The notes beneath the pieces are model-generated. The model ran no database searches. It was not told the DNA's origin and worked only from the letters and a program-made list of their open reading frames with translations. From Sterolibacterium sp. (lineage in GTDB: Bacteria > Pseudomonadota > Gammaproteobacteria > Burkholderiales > Rhodocyclaceae), in contig JAHFRE010000003.1 in the NCBI GenBank assembly GCA_023258955.1, forward strand, positions 1,952-65,951: a DNA stretch of 64,000 nt. The letters are read 5' to 3'. Below, one piece after another: positions 9,599 to 18,058 of this stretch (position 1 is the first letter of the stretch; every line of letters starts with the position of its first letter). Position numbers and translations under genes: made by a program.

Positions 9599-11867
9599 CT
9601 ACAACGATTTGGCGACCGAGGCAGCAAACCCAAGCGACGGTGCGCGCGACGAAGTTCGCAGCGCCGTTCTCGCCAGGCTGGAGGATGTTCTGCGGCACAT
9701 GTTTCCCGCCGGGGAAGTGCGGCGGGGGCTGTTTCATATTGGGGATATTCTCGGTAGTCCCGGCCGAAGCCTCGAAGTCGTCCTTGAGGGAGACAAAGCC
9801 GGACTTTGGACTGACCGGGCAACGGGTGACGGCGGTGACGTCTTCGATCTTATCGCCCGCTACTACCGCCTCGATGTCAGGCGCGAGTTTGCGCAGGTCT
9901 TGGACAAGGCGCGTGGCCTAGCCGGGTGCCCGTCAACCACCCCTCTACGGAAGGCCAAGAAGGAAGTCTTGGTGGACGAACTGGGCCAGGCGACGGCCAA
10001 GTGGGACTATCTCGCCGCCGACGGTAGTCTCATCGGCTGCGTGTATCGCTATGACCCACCCGGCAGAAAGAAGGAGTTTCGGCCCTGGGATGCCAAGCGC
10101 CGCAAGATGGCGCCCCCGGATCCACGCCCGCTCTACAACCAGCCGGGGATGCTCACAGCTGACCTCGTCGTCCTGGTCGAGGGCGAGAAATGCGCGCAAG
10201 CGTTGATCGACGCGGGCATTGTGGCGACCACCGCCATGAATGGGGCCCACGCGCCGATCGATAAGACTGACTGGTCTCCGCTTGCGGCCAAGCACATCGT
10301 GATTTGGCCGGACCGCGACAGGGCAGGCTGGGAATACGCCATGGCCGCTGGTGCTGCAGCGCTCCAAGCCGGCAGCCAATCGTGCGTCGTCCTGATGCCA
10401 TCTGACGACAAGCCAGAGGGTTGGGACGTTGCCGATGCCTTGGCCGAGGGCTTCGATGTCACGGGGTTTCTGGCATCAGGGCCGCGCATGACGATCAAGC
10501 CGCCGGTGGAGGAAGAGCCGGACGTCCCCGGAGAGAAGGCTGTTTGGGCAACGGACGATGCATTGGCACTGTCCTTCACGCATCGCTATGCCGAGGACTG
10601 GCGCTACTGCGCCTCGTGGGGAAAGTGGCTGGTGTGGACGGGTAACCGTTGGCAGCCCGATGACACCTTGCTGGTCACCCATCTCATGCGTCACATCTGC
10701 CGCGAGGCTGCCATCAAGGCAGAGTCCCACCGGCTCGCCGCTAAGCTGTCAGCCAGCAGCACAGTCAGTGGCGTCGAACGTCTGGCGCGCACCGACCGCC
10801 AGCACGCATCCACCTCTGAGGAATGGGACAGCGACCCCTGGCTCGCCAATGCGCCTGGTGGTGTCATCGATCTTCGCACGGGGCAGGTGCGCCCGCACCG
10901 TCGCGCCGATCGCATGACCAAGATCACTACAGCGACGCCAAAAGGTTCCTGCCCGCGGTGGCTTGCATTCCTTGCCGACATTACTGCCGGTGACGCCGAC
11001 TTGATGGCCTACCTGCAACGGGTGATTGGCTACTGCCTCACCGGTGTGACCACCGAGCACGCCTTGTTCTTCCTCTATGGCACCGGCGCCAACGGCAAGT
11101 CGGTATTCGTCAACGTGATCACCACGATTCTGGGGGACTACGCTGCCAACGCGCCCATGGACACCTTTATGGAAACCCGCGGCGACCGGCACCCGACCGA
11201 TCTGGCTGGGCTGCGCGGCGCGCGCTTCGTGTCATCCGTCGAAACGGAGCAAGGGCGGCGCTGGAACGAATCCAAGGTGAAAGCCATCACCGGTGGCGAC
11301 AAAGTGTCAGCGCGCTTCATGCGCCAGGACTTCTTCGACTACCTGCCGCAGTTCAAGCTGGTCATCGCCGGAAACCACAAACCCTCCATTCGTAACGTGG
11401 ATGAAGCCATGAAGCGCCGGCTGCACCTGATTCCCTTCACGGTGACGGTGCCACCGGAAAAGCGCGACGGCAAGCTCACAGAAAAGCTGCTGAAGGAGCG
11501 GGACGGTATCTTGGCCTGGGCAGTCGACGGCTGCCGCCAGTGGCAGTTGCAGGGCCTGAAGCCGCCCAAGGTTGTGATCGATGCAACCGACGAATATTTC
11601 GAGGACCACGACGGCATCGGCGAGTTCATCGACGAAGAACTCAATGTCTCTTCCGCGGCGCGCGAGGCGATCTCGGCAACCTATCACCGCTGGAAGGAGC
11701 GATCAGAGCGCCTAGGTGAGTATGTCGGCACCAGCAACTGGCTGGTCGACCAATTGATCACCCGCGGGTTTGCAAGGACGCGGCTGCCCGGTGGCGCCAA
11801 GGCGCTCTCCGGCTTTTCCCTCAAGCCCCGGGAGCCGAGTGGCTATCAAGCGTACAGGGATGATTAA
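9591..11867 (+). CDS. Toprim primase fused to P4/D5-type replicative helicase
   Basis: Toprim motifs VVLVEGEKCA and WPDRDRAG. Walker A FLYGTGANGKS. Layout typical of phage/plasmid P4-family primases. Confidence 0.85.
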   Translation: MLDYNDLATEAANPSDGARDEVRSAVLARLEDVLRHMFPAGEVRRGLFHIGDILGSPGRSLEVVLEGDKAGLWTDRATGDGGDVFDLIARYYRLDVRREFAQVLDKARGLAGCPSTTPLRKAKKEVLVDELGQATAKWDYLAADGSLIGCVYRYDPPGRKKEFRPWDAKRRKMAPPDPRPLYNQPGMLTADLVVLVEGEKCAQALIDAGIVATTAMNGAHAPIDKTDWSPLAAKHIVIWPDRDRAGWEYAMAAGAAALQAGSQSCVVLMPSDDKPEGWDVADALAEGFDVTGFLASGPRMTIKPPVEEEPDVPGEKAVWATDDALALSFTHRYAEDWRYCASWGKWLVWTGNRWQPDDTLLVTHLMRHICREAAIKAESHRLAAKLSASSTVSGVERLARTDRQHASTSEEWDSDPWLANAPGGVIDLRTGQVRPHRRADRMTKITTATPKGSCPRWLAFLADITAGDADLMAYLQRVIGYCLTGVTTEHALFFLYGTGANGKSVFVNVITTILGDYAANAPMDTFMETRGDRHPTDLAGLRGARFVSSVETEQGRRWNESKVKAITGGDKVSARFMRQDFFDYLPQFKLVIAGNHKPSIRNVDEAMKRRLHLIPFTVTVPPEKRDGKLTEKLLKERDGILAWAVDGCRQWQLQGLKPPKVVIDATDEYFEDHDGIGEFIDEELNVSSAAREAISATYHRWKERSERLGEYVGTSNWLVDQLITRGFARTRLPGGAKALSGFSLKPREPSGYQAYRDD

Positions 11868-11873
11868 TAACGG

Positions 11874-11970
11874 TTTGTGACCGGATGTGACTCCTCTACC
11901 TATTTACCCGTGTACACGCGCGTGCACGTCTACAGAAAGTAACGATTGGACGGTCACATCCGGTCACAAA
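11874..11970. repeat. Perfect 18-bp inverted repeat (TTTGTGACCGGATGTGAC / GTCACATCCGGTCACAAA) flanking 61 bp with nested palindromes
   Basis: Arms at 11874..11891 and 11953..11970. Internal palindromes GTGTACAC (11910..11917), CACGCGCGTG (11915..11924) and CGTGCACG (11921..11928). Confidence 0.9.
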
Positions 11971-11996
11971 GATCGATTTCAGGCATGGAGAAAATC

Positions 11997-12479
11997 ATGA
12001 ACGTAACAGCGAATCTGACAGTTCTGGCGCTCGACCTAGGCACCCAGACCGGCTGGGCGTTGGGCGTACGCGACGGCAGCATCACCAGTGGAACCGAATG
12101 CTTCAAGCCGCAACGCTTTGAGGGCGGCGGCATGCGCTACCTGCGCTTCAAGCGTTGGCTGACCGAGGTCAAGCAGGCTGCTGGCGGCATTGACGCACTA
12201 TTCTTTGAGGAGGTTCGTCGCCACGCTGGCGTTGATGCGGCCCACGCCTATGGTGGGTTTCTCGCCACACTCACGGCCTGGTGCGAGCACCACCAGATCC
12301 CCTATCAAGGTGTGCCGGTGGGCACGATCAAGAAGCACGCGACCGGCAAAGGCAATGCCAGCAAGGACGAGATGATGGCGGCAGCGATTGATCGTGGCTG
12401 TAGCCCATCTGACGACAACGAAGCTGATGCCCTCGCTCTCTTGCACTGGGCCATCGAGATGCAGGTGGCGGTGAGATGA
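11997..12479 (+). CDS. RuvC-like Holliday junction resolvase
   Basis: ALDLGTQTGWA, FFEEV and DDNEADALALLHWA acidic motifs. ATG at 11997 with GGAG 7 nt upstream (alternative ATG at 11985). Confidence 0.75.
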   Translation: MNVTANLTVLALDLGTQTGWALGVRDGSITSGTECFKPQRFEGGGMRYLRFKRWLTEVKQAAGGIDALFFEEVRRHAGVDAAHAYGGFLATLTAWCEHHQIPYQGVPVGTIKKHATGKGNASKDEMMAAAIDRGCSPSDDNEADALALLHWAIEMQVAVR

Positions 12480-12676
12480 AGAGCCTGACCCCGCCGTACC
12501 GCTGCCCGCTCGGCCGCTCCACGCAAAGGACCGATCCGGACGTGATCAAACGTGAGGGCTGGCAAGATCAGCACATTCTGGTCGTCGCGGAAAGCGATGA
12601 GCGTCTCGATTATGTTGAGCGCGAATTCATCCGGCGCCTTGGCGAACGTCTCTATGGGAGCAAGCGGCATGGCTAG
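12476..12676 (+). CDS. Hypothetical small phage protein
   Basis: ATGA overlap with the resolvase gene. Confidence 0.5.
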   Translation: MKSLTPPYRCPLGRSTQRTDPDVIKREGWQDQHILVVAESDERLDYVEREFIRRLGERLYGSKRHG

Positions 12677-13091
12677 CTGGACGATCGAGCATGTCGCCCG
12701 GCGCTTCGCTGAGGCTGTAGAGACGGGGCGCCGACTGCCCCGGGTTGGCGTCCAAGGCTACTTCAGTGTTTGGCCAGCCTTCGTGCGCGACGACTGGGAA
12801 GGGTTTGCCGAGAAGGAGTCGGTGATCAGGCCTCTGCCGCCAACCCCACAGGCTATCGACCGGATGATGGAGGCAGTGCGCTGGGTGCAATGGCTTGAGG
12901 TTGAGCAGCGCCATCTGGTCTGGCTACGGGCCAAACGCTACGAGTGGCACGAAATCGCGCGGCGCGTAGGGTGCCATCGATCGACTGCCTGGCGCCGCTG
13001 GAAGCAAGCGATGGAGAAACTGATTGCCGAATTGAATTCGGAAAGTCAGCGGCATACGTTTTCAGCGGATGATCCTACGCGCAAAAGGTGA
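12669..13091 (+). CDS. Phage protein with C-terminal HTH (sigma region-4-like)
   Basis: ATG at 12669 overlaps the upstream stop. LRAKRYEWHEIARRVGCHRSTAWRRWKQAMEKL resembles an HTH. Confidence 0.5.
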   Translation: MASWTIEHVARRFAEAVETGRRLPRVGVQGYFSVWPAFVRDDWEGFAEKESVIRPLPPTPQAIDRMMEAVRWVQWLEVEQRHLVWLRAKRYEWHEIARRVGCHRSTAWRRWKQAMEKLIAELNSESQRHTFSADDPTRKR

Positions 13092-13293
13092 GCGTCAAGG
13101 AGTGTCGAATTGTCGTTTGACGCTCCCCTCCCAAAAGGGTAGTTGCGGCAAGTTGCGGCAAGGTAGGGATTAGTGAGTCGCCATGCTTGCCAGTGCTGCA
13201 CTTGGGGCGTCTTGGGCGTGCAACACAATCGAGAAATTTTGCTACGATTGCTGCTAATTTGGCGCGGGAGCTTTGAATGGTACCTCTGCCGCG

Positions 13294-13713
13294 CTATACC
13301 TTCTCCTTTTTGTTCCTGGTCTTCGCGTTCTTGCTCAGATAGAGCTTAACCGCCTCGGTCATCTTGAGGTCGTGGTCCATGACGTGGCCGAGCACCTTGT
13401 CTGAGATCATCTTCCCAAGGATCTCGTAGTCGGATGGATCTGGCGGGTGGTCGAAGTAGTTCTCGAAGATGTTCAGCACGCCTTTGTGCATCTTCTTGTG
13501 CTGGGGCAGGTCGTCGTAATTCACCATGCCCATGAACGCCTCTTCGAAGGTGAAGTGGGTTACGAGAATCTGATGCAACCGCTTCAAGGCTTGATGGACA
13601 AGATGCCGCTGACCCTTTTGGGTGATGACCCCTTGTAGCGCGGCTACCAGTTGACTGATCTCTTCATGCTGGGCGTCGATTTCCGGAATGCCCAAGAGGT
13701 ACTTTTCATCCAT
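13294..13713 (-). CDS. Bacteriohemerythrin-like protein
   Basis: Starts MDEKYLLGIPEIDAQHEE. Further His/Glu/Asp ligand pattern: H..L..HF..EE....Y......H...H......D. Confidence 0.75.
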   Translation of the reverse strand: MDEKYLLGIPEIDAQHEEISQLVAALQGVITQKGQRHLVHQALKRLHQILVTHFTFEEAFMGMVNYDDLPQHKKMHKGVLNIFENYFDHPPDPSDYEILGKMISDKVLGHVMDHDLKMTEAVKLYLSKNAKTRNKKEKV

Positions 13714-13781
13714 TGCGAAGGGGAACGAAGCTGAGTGGGTGATGGCGGAGTCTATCGCACCGCGGTGTGAGACTGGAATGG

Positions 13782-14054
13782 TCAGTAGTGGTAGCGTCCT
13801 TGCAAGAACTCTATCCGATCCGACTTCACGAGATAGACGCAACGATGTTCCTGAGTAATTCGCCGCGACCAGACATCGGAGCCGAGGTATTTCAGCGGCT
13901 CAGGGTTGCCGATGCCCTTGAATGGAGCCCGCAGCACCGCCTTGACGATTTCTAGAAGACGCTTGGCCGTGCGTCGTTCGGCCTCTACCCAGTAGCTGAG
14001 ATCCTCAATGAACTCTGGATGGAAGACCGCTTGCCGTTTGGCCTCAGGCTTCAA
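13782..14054 (-). CDS. yoeB: YoeB/Txe-family toxin (mRNA interferase)
   Basis: FKGIGNPEPLKYLGSDVWSRRITQEHRCVYLV...GRYHY closely parallels E. coli YoeB, including the terminal RYHY. No ATG available; TTG at 14054 (or 14060) overlaps the yefM stop. Confidence 0.85.
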   Translation of the reverse strand: MKPEAKRQAVFHPEFIEDLSYWVEAERRTAKRLLEIVKAVLRAPFKGIGNPEPLKYLGSDVWSRRITQEHRCVYLVKSDRIEFLQGRYHY

Positions 14055-14325
14055 GACCAACTTTCTTTTGCAGTGCGGATACAGACGTAGGCCGAACGTC
14101 TCCACCACGCGCTCTGGCCAGCGCGGCGAGTAGACGTTCAGCATTCTTGGGCGAGCGCAGAAGGTGCGCCGTTTCCATGATGCTCTGAAGTTCGTCAGCA
14201 GCAATCATAGCGACGGAATCGCCGGAACGGCGATGCACGACAATGACCTCACGGTCGTCAATGGCACGATCCATGAGCGTCTTCAACTGCTCTCGTGCTT
14301 GGCTATAGGTGGTTTCAATGGTCAT
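14044..14325 (-). CDS. yefM: YefM/Phd-family antitoxin
   Basis: MTIETTYSQAREQLKTLMDRAIDDREVIVVHRR..VAMIAADELQSIMETAHLLRSP is a classic YefM N-terminal pattern. Confidence 0.85.
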   Translation of the reverse strand: MTIETTYSQAREQLKTLMDRAIDDREVIVVHRRSGDSVAMIAADELQSIMETAHLLRSPKNAERLLAALARARGGDVRPTSVSALQKKVGLEA

Positions 14326-14354
14326 GGCGACACGCTCCGACTTGGACAGACATA

Positions 14355-14362
14355 TTGTACAA
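14355..14362. promoter_or_regulatory. TTGTACAA palindrome upstream of yefM (possible YefM-YoeB operator)
   Basis: Contains a TGTACA core 31-36 nt upstream of the yefM start codon. As I recall, TGTACA is the core of the E. coli yefM-yoeB operator palindromes. Confidence 0.35.
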
Positions 14363-14365
14363 CAC

Positions 14366-14674
14366 ATGGCGATCAAACACCAACGTCTCAGCGACAAGTC
14401 CGGCCACGCCTGGGCAAAGATCCGCGTGCGGATCCTCCGCCGTGACTGCGGGCTGTGCCAGCCGTGCAGAAGGGAAGGTCGCCTAACGTTGGCCGAGCAG
14501 GTCGACCACATCGTCCCGGTGTCGAAGGGCGGCGGCGACGATGATGAGAATCTGCAGGCGATCTGTCTTGCCTGTCACGACGACAAGACGCGCGCCGACC
14601 TCGGGCTGAAGTCGGTCACGGCATTTGATGCGAGCGGATTTCCGCTAGGGCCCGGCCACCACTGGAACAGGTGA
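14366..14674 (+). CDS. Phage HNH endonuclease
   Basis: CQPC...VDHIVPVSKGGGDDDENLQAICLACHDDKT = HNH with zinc-binding Cys pairs. Confidence 0.85.
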   Translation: MAIKHQRLSDKSGHAWAKIRVRILRRDCGLCQPCRREGRLTLAEQVDHIVPVSKGGGDDDENLQAICLACHDDKTRADLGLKSVTAFDASGFPLGPGHHWNR

Positions 14675-14749
14675 CCGGGGGGCGGTCATTCTTTGGATCC
14701 TGGCCGCTCAGCACCGCTCGGGTCCAACGCAGTTAAAAAACTTACGGAA

Positions 14750-14802
14750 AAGCGCCACAAATGCGGTGGCTCGACGCTGGCGCGTAATCGGCTGTGGCGC
14801 TT
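14750..14802. repeat. 10-bp inverted repeat AAGCGCCACA / TGTGGCGCTT in the HNH-terS spacer
   Basis: Arms at 14750..14759 and 14793..14802, 33 bp apart, within the 267-nt spacer between the HNH and small terminase genes. Confidence 0.8.
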
Positions 14803-14941
14803 GGCCCGCCAAGGTGTTGATCATCCTGGGTTCTCGGGGATGGGCCTGCCAAAAGCGGGATGCGGGCTGTTTATATCTCGCCCTTCACCCGCGCTGCGCG
14901 CGCGTGCCATAGCTCGGGCGTGTTGGCAAGAGAGCAGCGAC

Positions 14942-15400
14942 ATGGCAAAAATTCAACGGCTGGGCCGAAACTCGGTGACCGCCGCGGTGGCTGCCGCTGG
15001 CGAGGTATCGAGGGACGTACCTCTACCCGAAGGCGTGATCCTGCGGGACGAGTTTGAGCTCGTCATCTGGCGGCAATTCACCCACGCGCGCCTGCAGGGG
15101 GACTGGCGGGATCTGGACCTGGTGCTGCTCGCCAAGGCGGTACGCGTCGAGTCGGACATCCGCAACCATCAAATCCGACTCGATAAGATTGGGCCGGTCG
15201 TCAAGAACCCACGGGGTACACCGATCCCGAACCCGCTGATCTCCATCATCGACACGCTGCAGCGCCAACAACTGGCAATCATCCGCAGCCTGAGTCTTGC
15301 GCAGACCGAGACCGATCCACGGACCAAGAACGCCGCGGGCTTTGCCCAGACCGGGTTTCGCAACCTGATCGACGGCACCGACGATTTGATCGCGAGGTAG
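14942..15400 (+). CDS. Terminase small subunit, P27-like
   Basis: The pattern W......L..DW.D.DLVLLAKAV.VE and the NP...II are P27-family-like. Lies next to HNH. ATG at 14942 chosen over the upstream in-frame TTG at 14693. Confidence 0.65.
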   Translation: MAKIQRLGRNSVTAAVAAAGEVSRDVPLPEGVILRDEFELVIWRQFTHARLQGDWRDLDLVLLAKAVRVESDIRNHQIRLDKIGPVVKNPRGTPIPNPLISIIDTLQRQQLAIIRSLSLAQTETDPRTKNAAGFAQTGFRNLIDGTDDLIAR

Positions 15401-15402
15401 AT

Positions 15403-16677
15403 GTGAACCAGGATGCAAAGCAGCAGATCGAGTATGTGCCGGTCGAGGAACTCGTCCCCTACGTGCGGAACGCGAGGACCCACAGTGATGCGCAGGTCGC
15501 ACAGATCGCTGGGAGCATCCGGGAGTTTGGCTGGACAGCGCCGCTCTTGATCGATAGCGACAAAGGCATCTTGGCAGGGCATGGTAGGCTCGCCGCTGCG
15601 CGCAAGCTGGGGATGACGGAAGTCCCGTGCATCCGGCTCGACGGCATGACCGAGACGCAAAAGCGTGCGTACATCCTGGCCGACAACAAGCTGGCGATGA
15701 ATGCTGGCTGGGACGACGCGATGCTGGCCTGCGAATTGGCCGACTTGATTGCTGCCGGCTACGACGTCAATCTGACCGGCTTCACGGCGGAGGAACTGGC
15801 AGCGCTAACGGTCGATGAAGTGCCTGCGGGACTCACGGACGACGACGCTAGCCCGGAGCCGCCGCAGACACCGGTGACGGTCTTGGGCGACGTGTGGATC
15901 CTCGACAAGCACCGTTTGATGTGCGGGGACAGCACCAGCGTTGATGCGGTTAACGCACTGATGGATGGCGCCTTGGCGGACATGCTGATCACGGACCCCC
16001 CCTACAACGTGGCCTACGGCGGTGCCGGCGGCAACGCCGCAAACAAGAACAAGGTCGACGGGGGCAAGCGCAATACCCAGACGATACTGAACGACGACAT
16101 GTCGGACGACGCCTTCCGCCAATTTCTGCGGGACGCCTTGGTGACGGCAACCACGGTCTTGAAGCCCGGCGCCGTGTTCTACATCTGGCACAGCGACTCT
16201 GAAGGCTACAACTTCCGCGGCGCCTGCAGGGACGCTGGCTTGACCGTCCGCCAGTGCCTGATCTGGAAAAAGTCGCAGTTGGTCATGGGCCGGCAGGACT
16301 ACCAGTGGAAACACGAGCCCTGCCTTTATGGCTGGAAGGATGGGGCGGGGCACCTGTGGGCGGCCGATCGCAAGCAGACCACGATCCTCGAGTTCGACAA
16401 GCCGGGGACCAATGATGTCCATCCGACCATGAAGCCGGTGGCCCTGTTCGAATACCAGATGCTGAACAACACCAAAGGCGGGGATGTCGTCCTGGACCTC
16501 TTTGGCGGGAGCGGGACCACCGCCATCGCCGCTGAGAAGCACGGTCGACACGCCCGGCTGATGGAACTGGACCCGAAGTATTGCGACGTGATCGTCAAGC
16601 GGTGGCAGGAATGGACCGGAAAAAAAGCGACGCGAAGTGACGGAACCCCTTTTGACTCTTCGATTACGCTGCCATAA
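15403..16677 (+). CDS. ParB-like nuclease domain fused to beta-class DNA (N6-A or N4-C) methyltransferase
   Basis: N-terminal ParB box (YVRNARTHS..GILAGHGRLAAA). Motif IV DPPYN precedes motif I DLFGGSGTT, which is the beta-class order. Confidence 0.85.
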   Translation: MNQDAKQQIEYVPVEELVPYVRNARTHSDAQVAQIAGSIREFGWTAPLLIDSDKGILAGHGRLAAARKLGMTEVPCIRLDGMTETQKRAYILADNKLAMNAGWDDAMLACELADLIAAGYDVNLTGFTAEELAALTVDEVPAGLTDDDASPEPPQTPVTVLGDVWILDKHRLMCGDSTSVDAVNALMDGALADMLITDPPYNVAYGGAGGNAANKNKVDGGKRNTQTILNDDMSDDAFRQFLRDALVTATTVLKPGAVFYIWHSDSEGYNFRGACRDAGLTVRQCLIWKKSQLVMGRQDYQWKHEPCLYGWKDGAGHLWAADRKQTTILEFDKPGTNDVHPTMKPVALFEYQMLNNTKGGDVVLDLFGGSGTTAIAAEKHGRHARLMELDPKYCDVIVKRWQEWTGKKATRSDGTPFDSSITLP

Positions 16678-16713
16678 TCGCGCCTTTCCACACAAAGAGG
16701 GGGGACGCTCAAG

Positions 16714-17043
16714 ATGAACAAATCCGAACTGGTTGAAGCCCTATCGAAGAAGACCGGCGCCACCAAGGCGGCGGCGGGCGAGGCAATTGATGCCCTGGTT
16801 GAGATCATCACGACAACCGTTGCCAAGGGCGGGGATGTCGCCCTGGTCGGCTTCGGGACTTTCTCGGCAACCAAGCGCGCGGCGCGCGCCGGCAGAAATC
16901 CCGCCACGGGTGCTGCCATGAAGATCGCCGCGAGCACGGTGCCGAAGTTCAAGGCGGGCGCTGGATTCAAGGCAGCGGTGTCGGGTAAGAAGGCCGCGGC
17001 GAAGAAGCCGGCTGCCAAGAAGGCGGTAGCCAAGAAGAAGTAA
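16714..17043 (+). CDS. HU-family DNA-binding protein with Lys/Ala-rich C-terminal tail
   Basis: MNKSELVEALS....GFGTF....RAARAGRNPATG......VPKFKAG is canonical HU. It is followed by an extra KKAAAKKPAAKKAVAKKK tail. Confidence 0.85.
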   Translation: MNKSELVEALSKKTGATKAAAGEAIDALVEIITTTVAKGGDVALVGFGTFSATKRAARAGRNPATGAAMKIAASTVPKFKAGAGFKAAVSGKKAAAKKPAAKKAVAKKK

Positions 17044-17065
17044 TCGCGACAACGAATCAATCTGA

Positions 17066-17091
17066 GAAGGGCGGCCCGAGGGTCGCCCTTC
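17066..17091. terminator. Hairpin between convergent genes (bidirectional terminator candidate)
   Basis: GAAGGGCG (17066..17073) pairs with CGCCCTTC (17084..17091). The U-tract is weak on both strands. Confidence 0.45.
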
Positions 17092-17101
17092 TTGCTTGGG
17101 G

Positions 17102-17611
17102 CTAGCTCACACGATAGACGCGATCGCCTTGGTCGGTCTTCTCGGAAATCAGGTTGAGCCCCAACTTCTTCTTGAACGCGCCGGCAAAGGTGCCTCGGAC
17201 AGTGTGAGCCTGCCAGCCCGTTGCGTCACAGATCTGGCGAATGGTCGCTCCCTCCGGCCGTCCGAGCATTTGGATAACGGTGGCTTGTTTGGTGTTCTCG
17301 CGTGTGTGGCGAATGGGTGCGGCGGCATCTTGCTTCTCCCGCTTGCCCGTGCCCTGTGTCGCGGCCACGGCGGCCGCGTTTCCTGGATCTGCGGCTGCTG
17401 GTGTAGGCACCTTCCGCTTGCGGCCCACGGCCGCGTAGCCGGCGTCGGTTAGGCGGTTCTTCTTGGTGATTAGCCCAAGGCCAAAGAGCGCAGCGATGAC
17501 CTTCAGCTTGGCGCCGCCGCGCAATGTGGGCGGCAGGGGCTCAATGTCGCCCTCCGGACGGTAGGCGGCAAATTCGAGGACTGCGGTTTGCGTGGCGCTG
17601 AGTTTTGCCAT
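17102..17611 (-). CDS. DUF3489-like winged-helix protein
   Basis: The C-terminal VIQMLGRPEGATIRQICDATGWQAHTVRGTFAGAFKKKLGL pattern matches my memory of DUF3489. Confidence 0.6.
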   Translation of the reverse strand: MAKLSATQTAVLEFAAYRPEGDIEPLPPTLRGGAKLKVIAALFGLGLITKKNRLTDAGYAAVGRKRKVPTPAAADPGNAAAVAATQGTGKREKQDAAAPIRHTRENTKQATVIQMLGRPEGATIRQICDATGWQAHTVRGTFAGAFKKKLGLNLISEKTDQGDRVYRVS

Positions 17612-17711
17612 GAGGATTCTCCGCCCCTGCACTCCCCGAGGCGCGGGTTGGCCGTGTGGCCGGACGTCTCGCTGCAGGCACCTTAACGGTAAGCGCCTGG
17701 GGCGAGCGGTC

Positions 17712-17918
17712 TTAGGCGTTTTGTGGATAGGTGAGCTCGATCTCCATGTAGGTCGAGTCGGTGAACAAGACCAGCAGCTTCGTGGGCTGCTCGCAATCGG
17801 GGATGACGTATTTCACTTCGTCCGGGGCCTTCCCGCACTGCTTGACCATCCCTGCGACCAGTTCTTTGAGATTGATTCCTTGGGTCAGGCGATCAATTGG
17901 TTCGTTGGCGTGGGTCAT
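17712..17918 (-). CDS. Hypothetical small protein
   Basis: ATG at 17918 with AGGAG upstream; same strand as the DUF3489-like gene. Confidence 0.45.
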   Translation of the reverse strand: MTHANEPIDRLTQGINLKELVAGMVKQCGKAPDEVKYVIPDCEQPTKLLVLFTDSTYMEIELTYPQNA

Positions 17919-18058
17919 TTGCAGCTCCTGGCGAGTTGATGACAGCGCCATGAACGCTTCGTTCTAATGGATAGTCAAGCGCTATCTGCTTGTAATTGTT
18001 GATTCATTTCTTGATTGCTTTCCTGGGCCGTCGCGACGATTTGCAGGAGTGATACCGG

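Noticed and set aside
14693-14941. In-frame upstream extension of the small terminase ORF (TTG at 14693)
   Set aside because: The extension is Arg/Gly/Cys/Trp-rich with no RBS and no resemblance to TerS N-termini. It more likely is a non-coding spacer that may hold cos.
16326-17060. 244-codon antisense ORF over the methylase 3' end and the HU gene
   Set aside because: It overlaps two confidently assigned + strand genes and has low-complexity Ala/Phe-rich composition.
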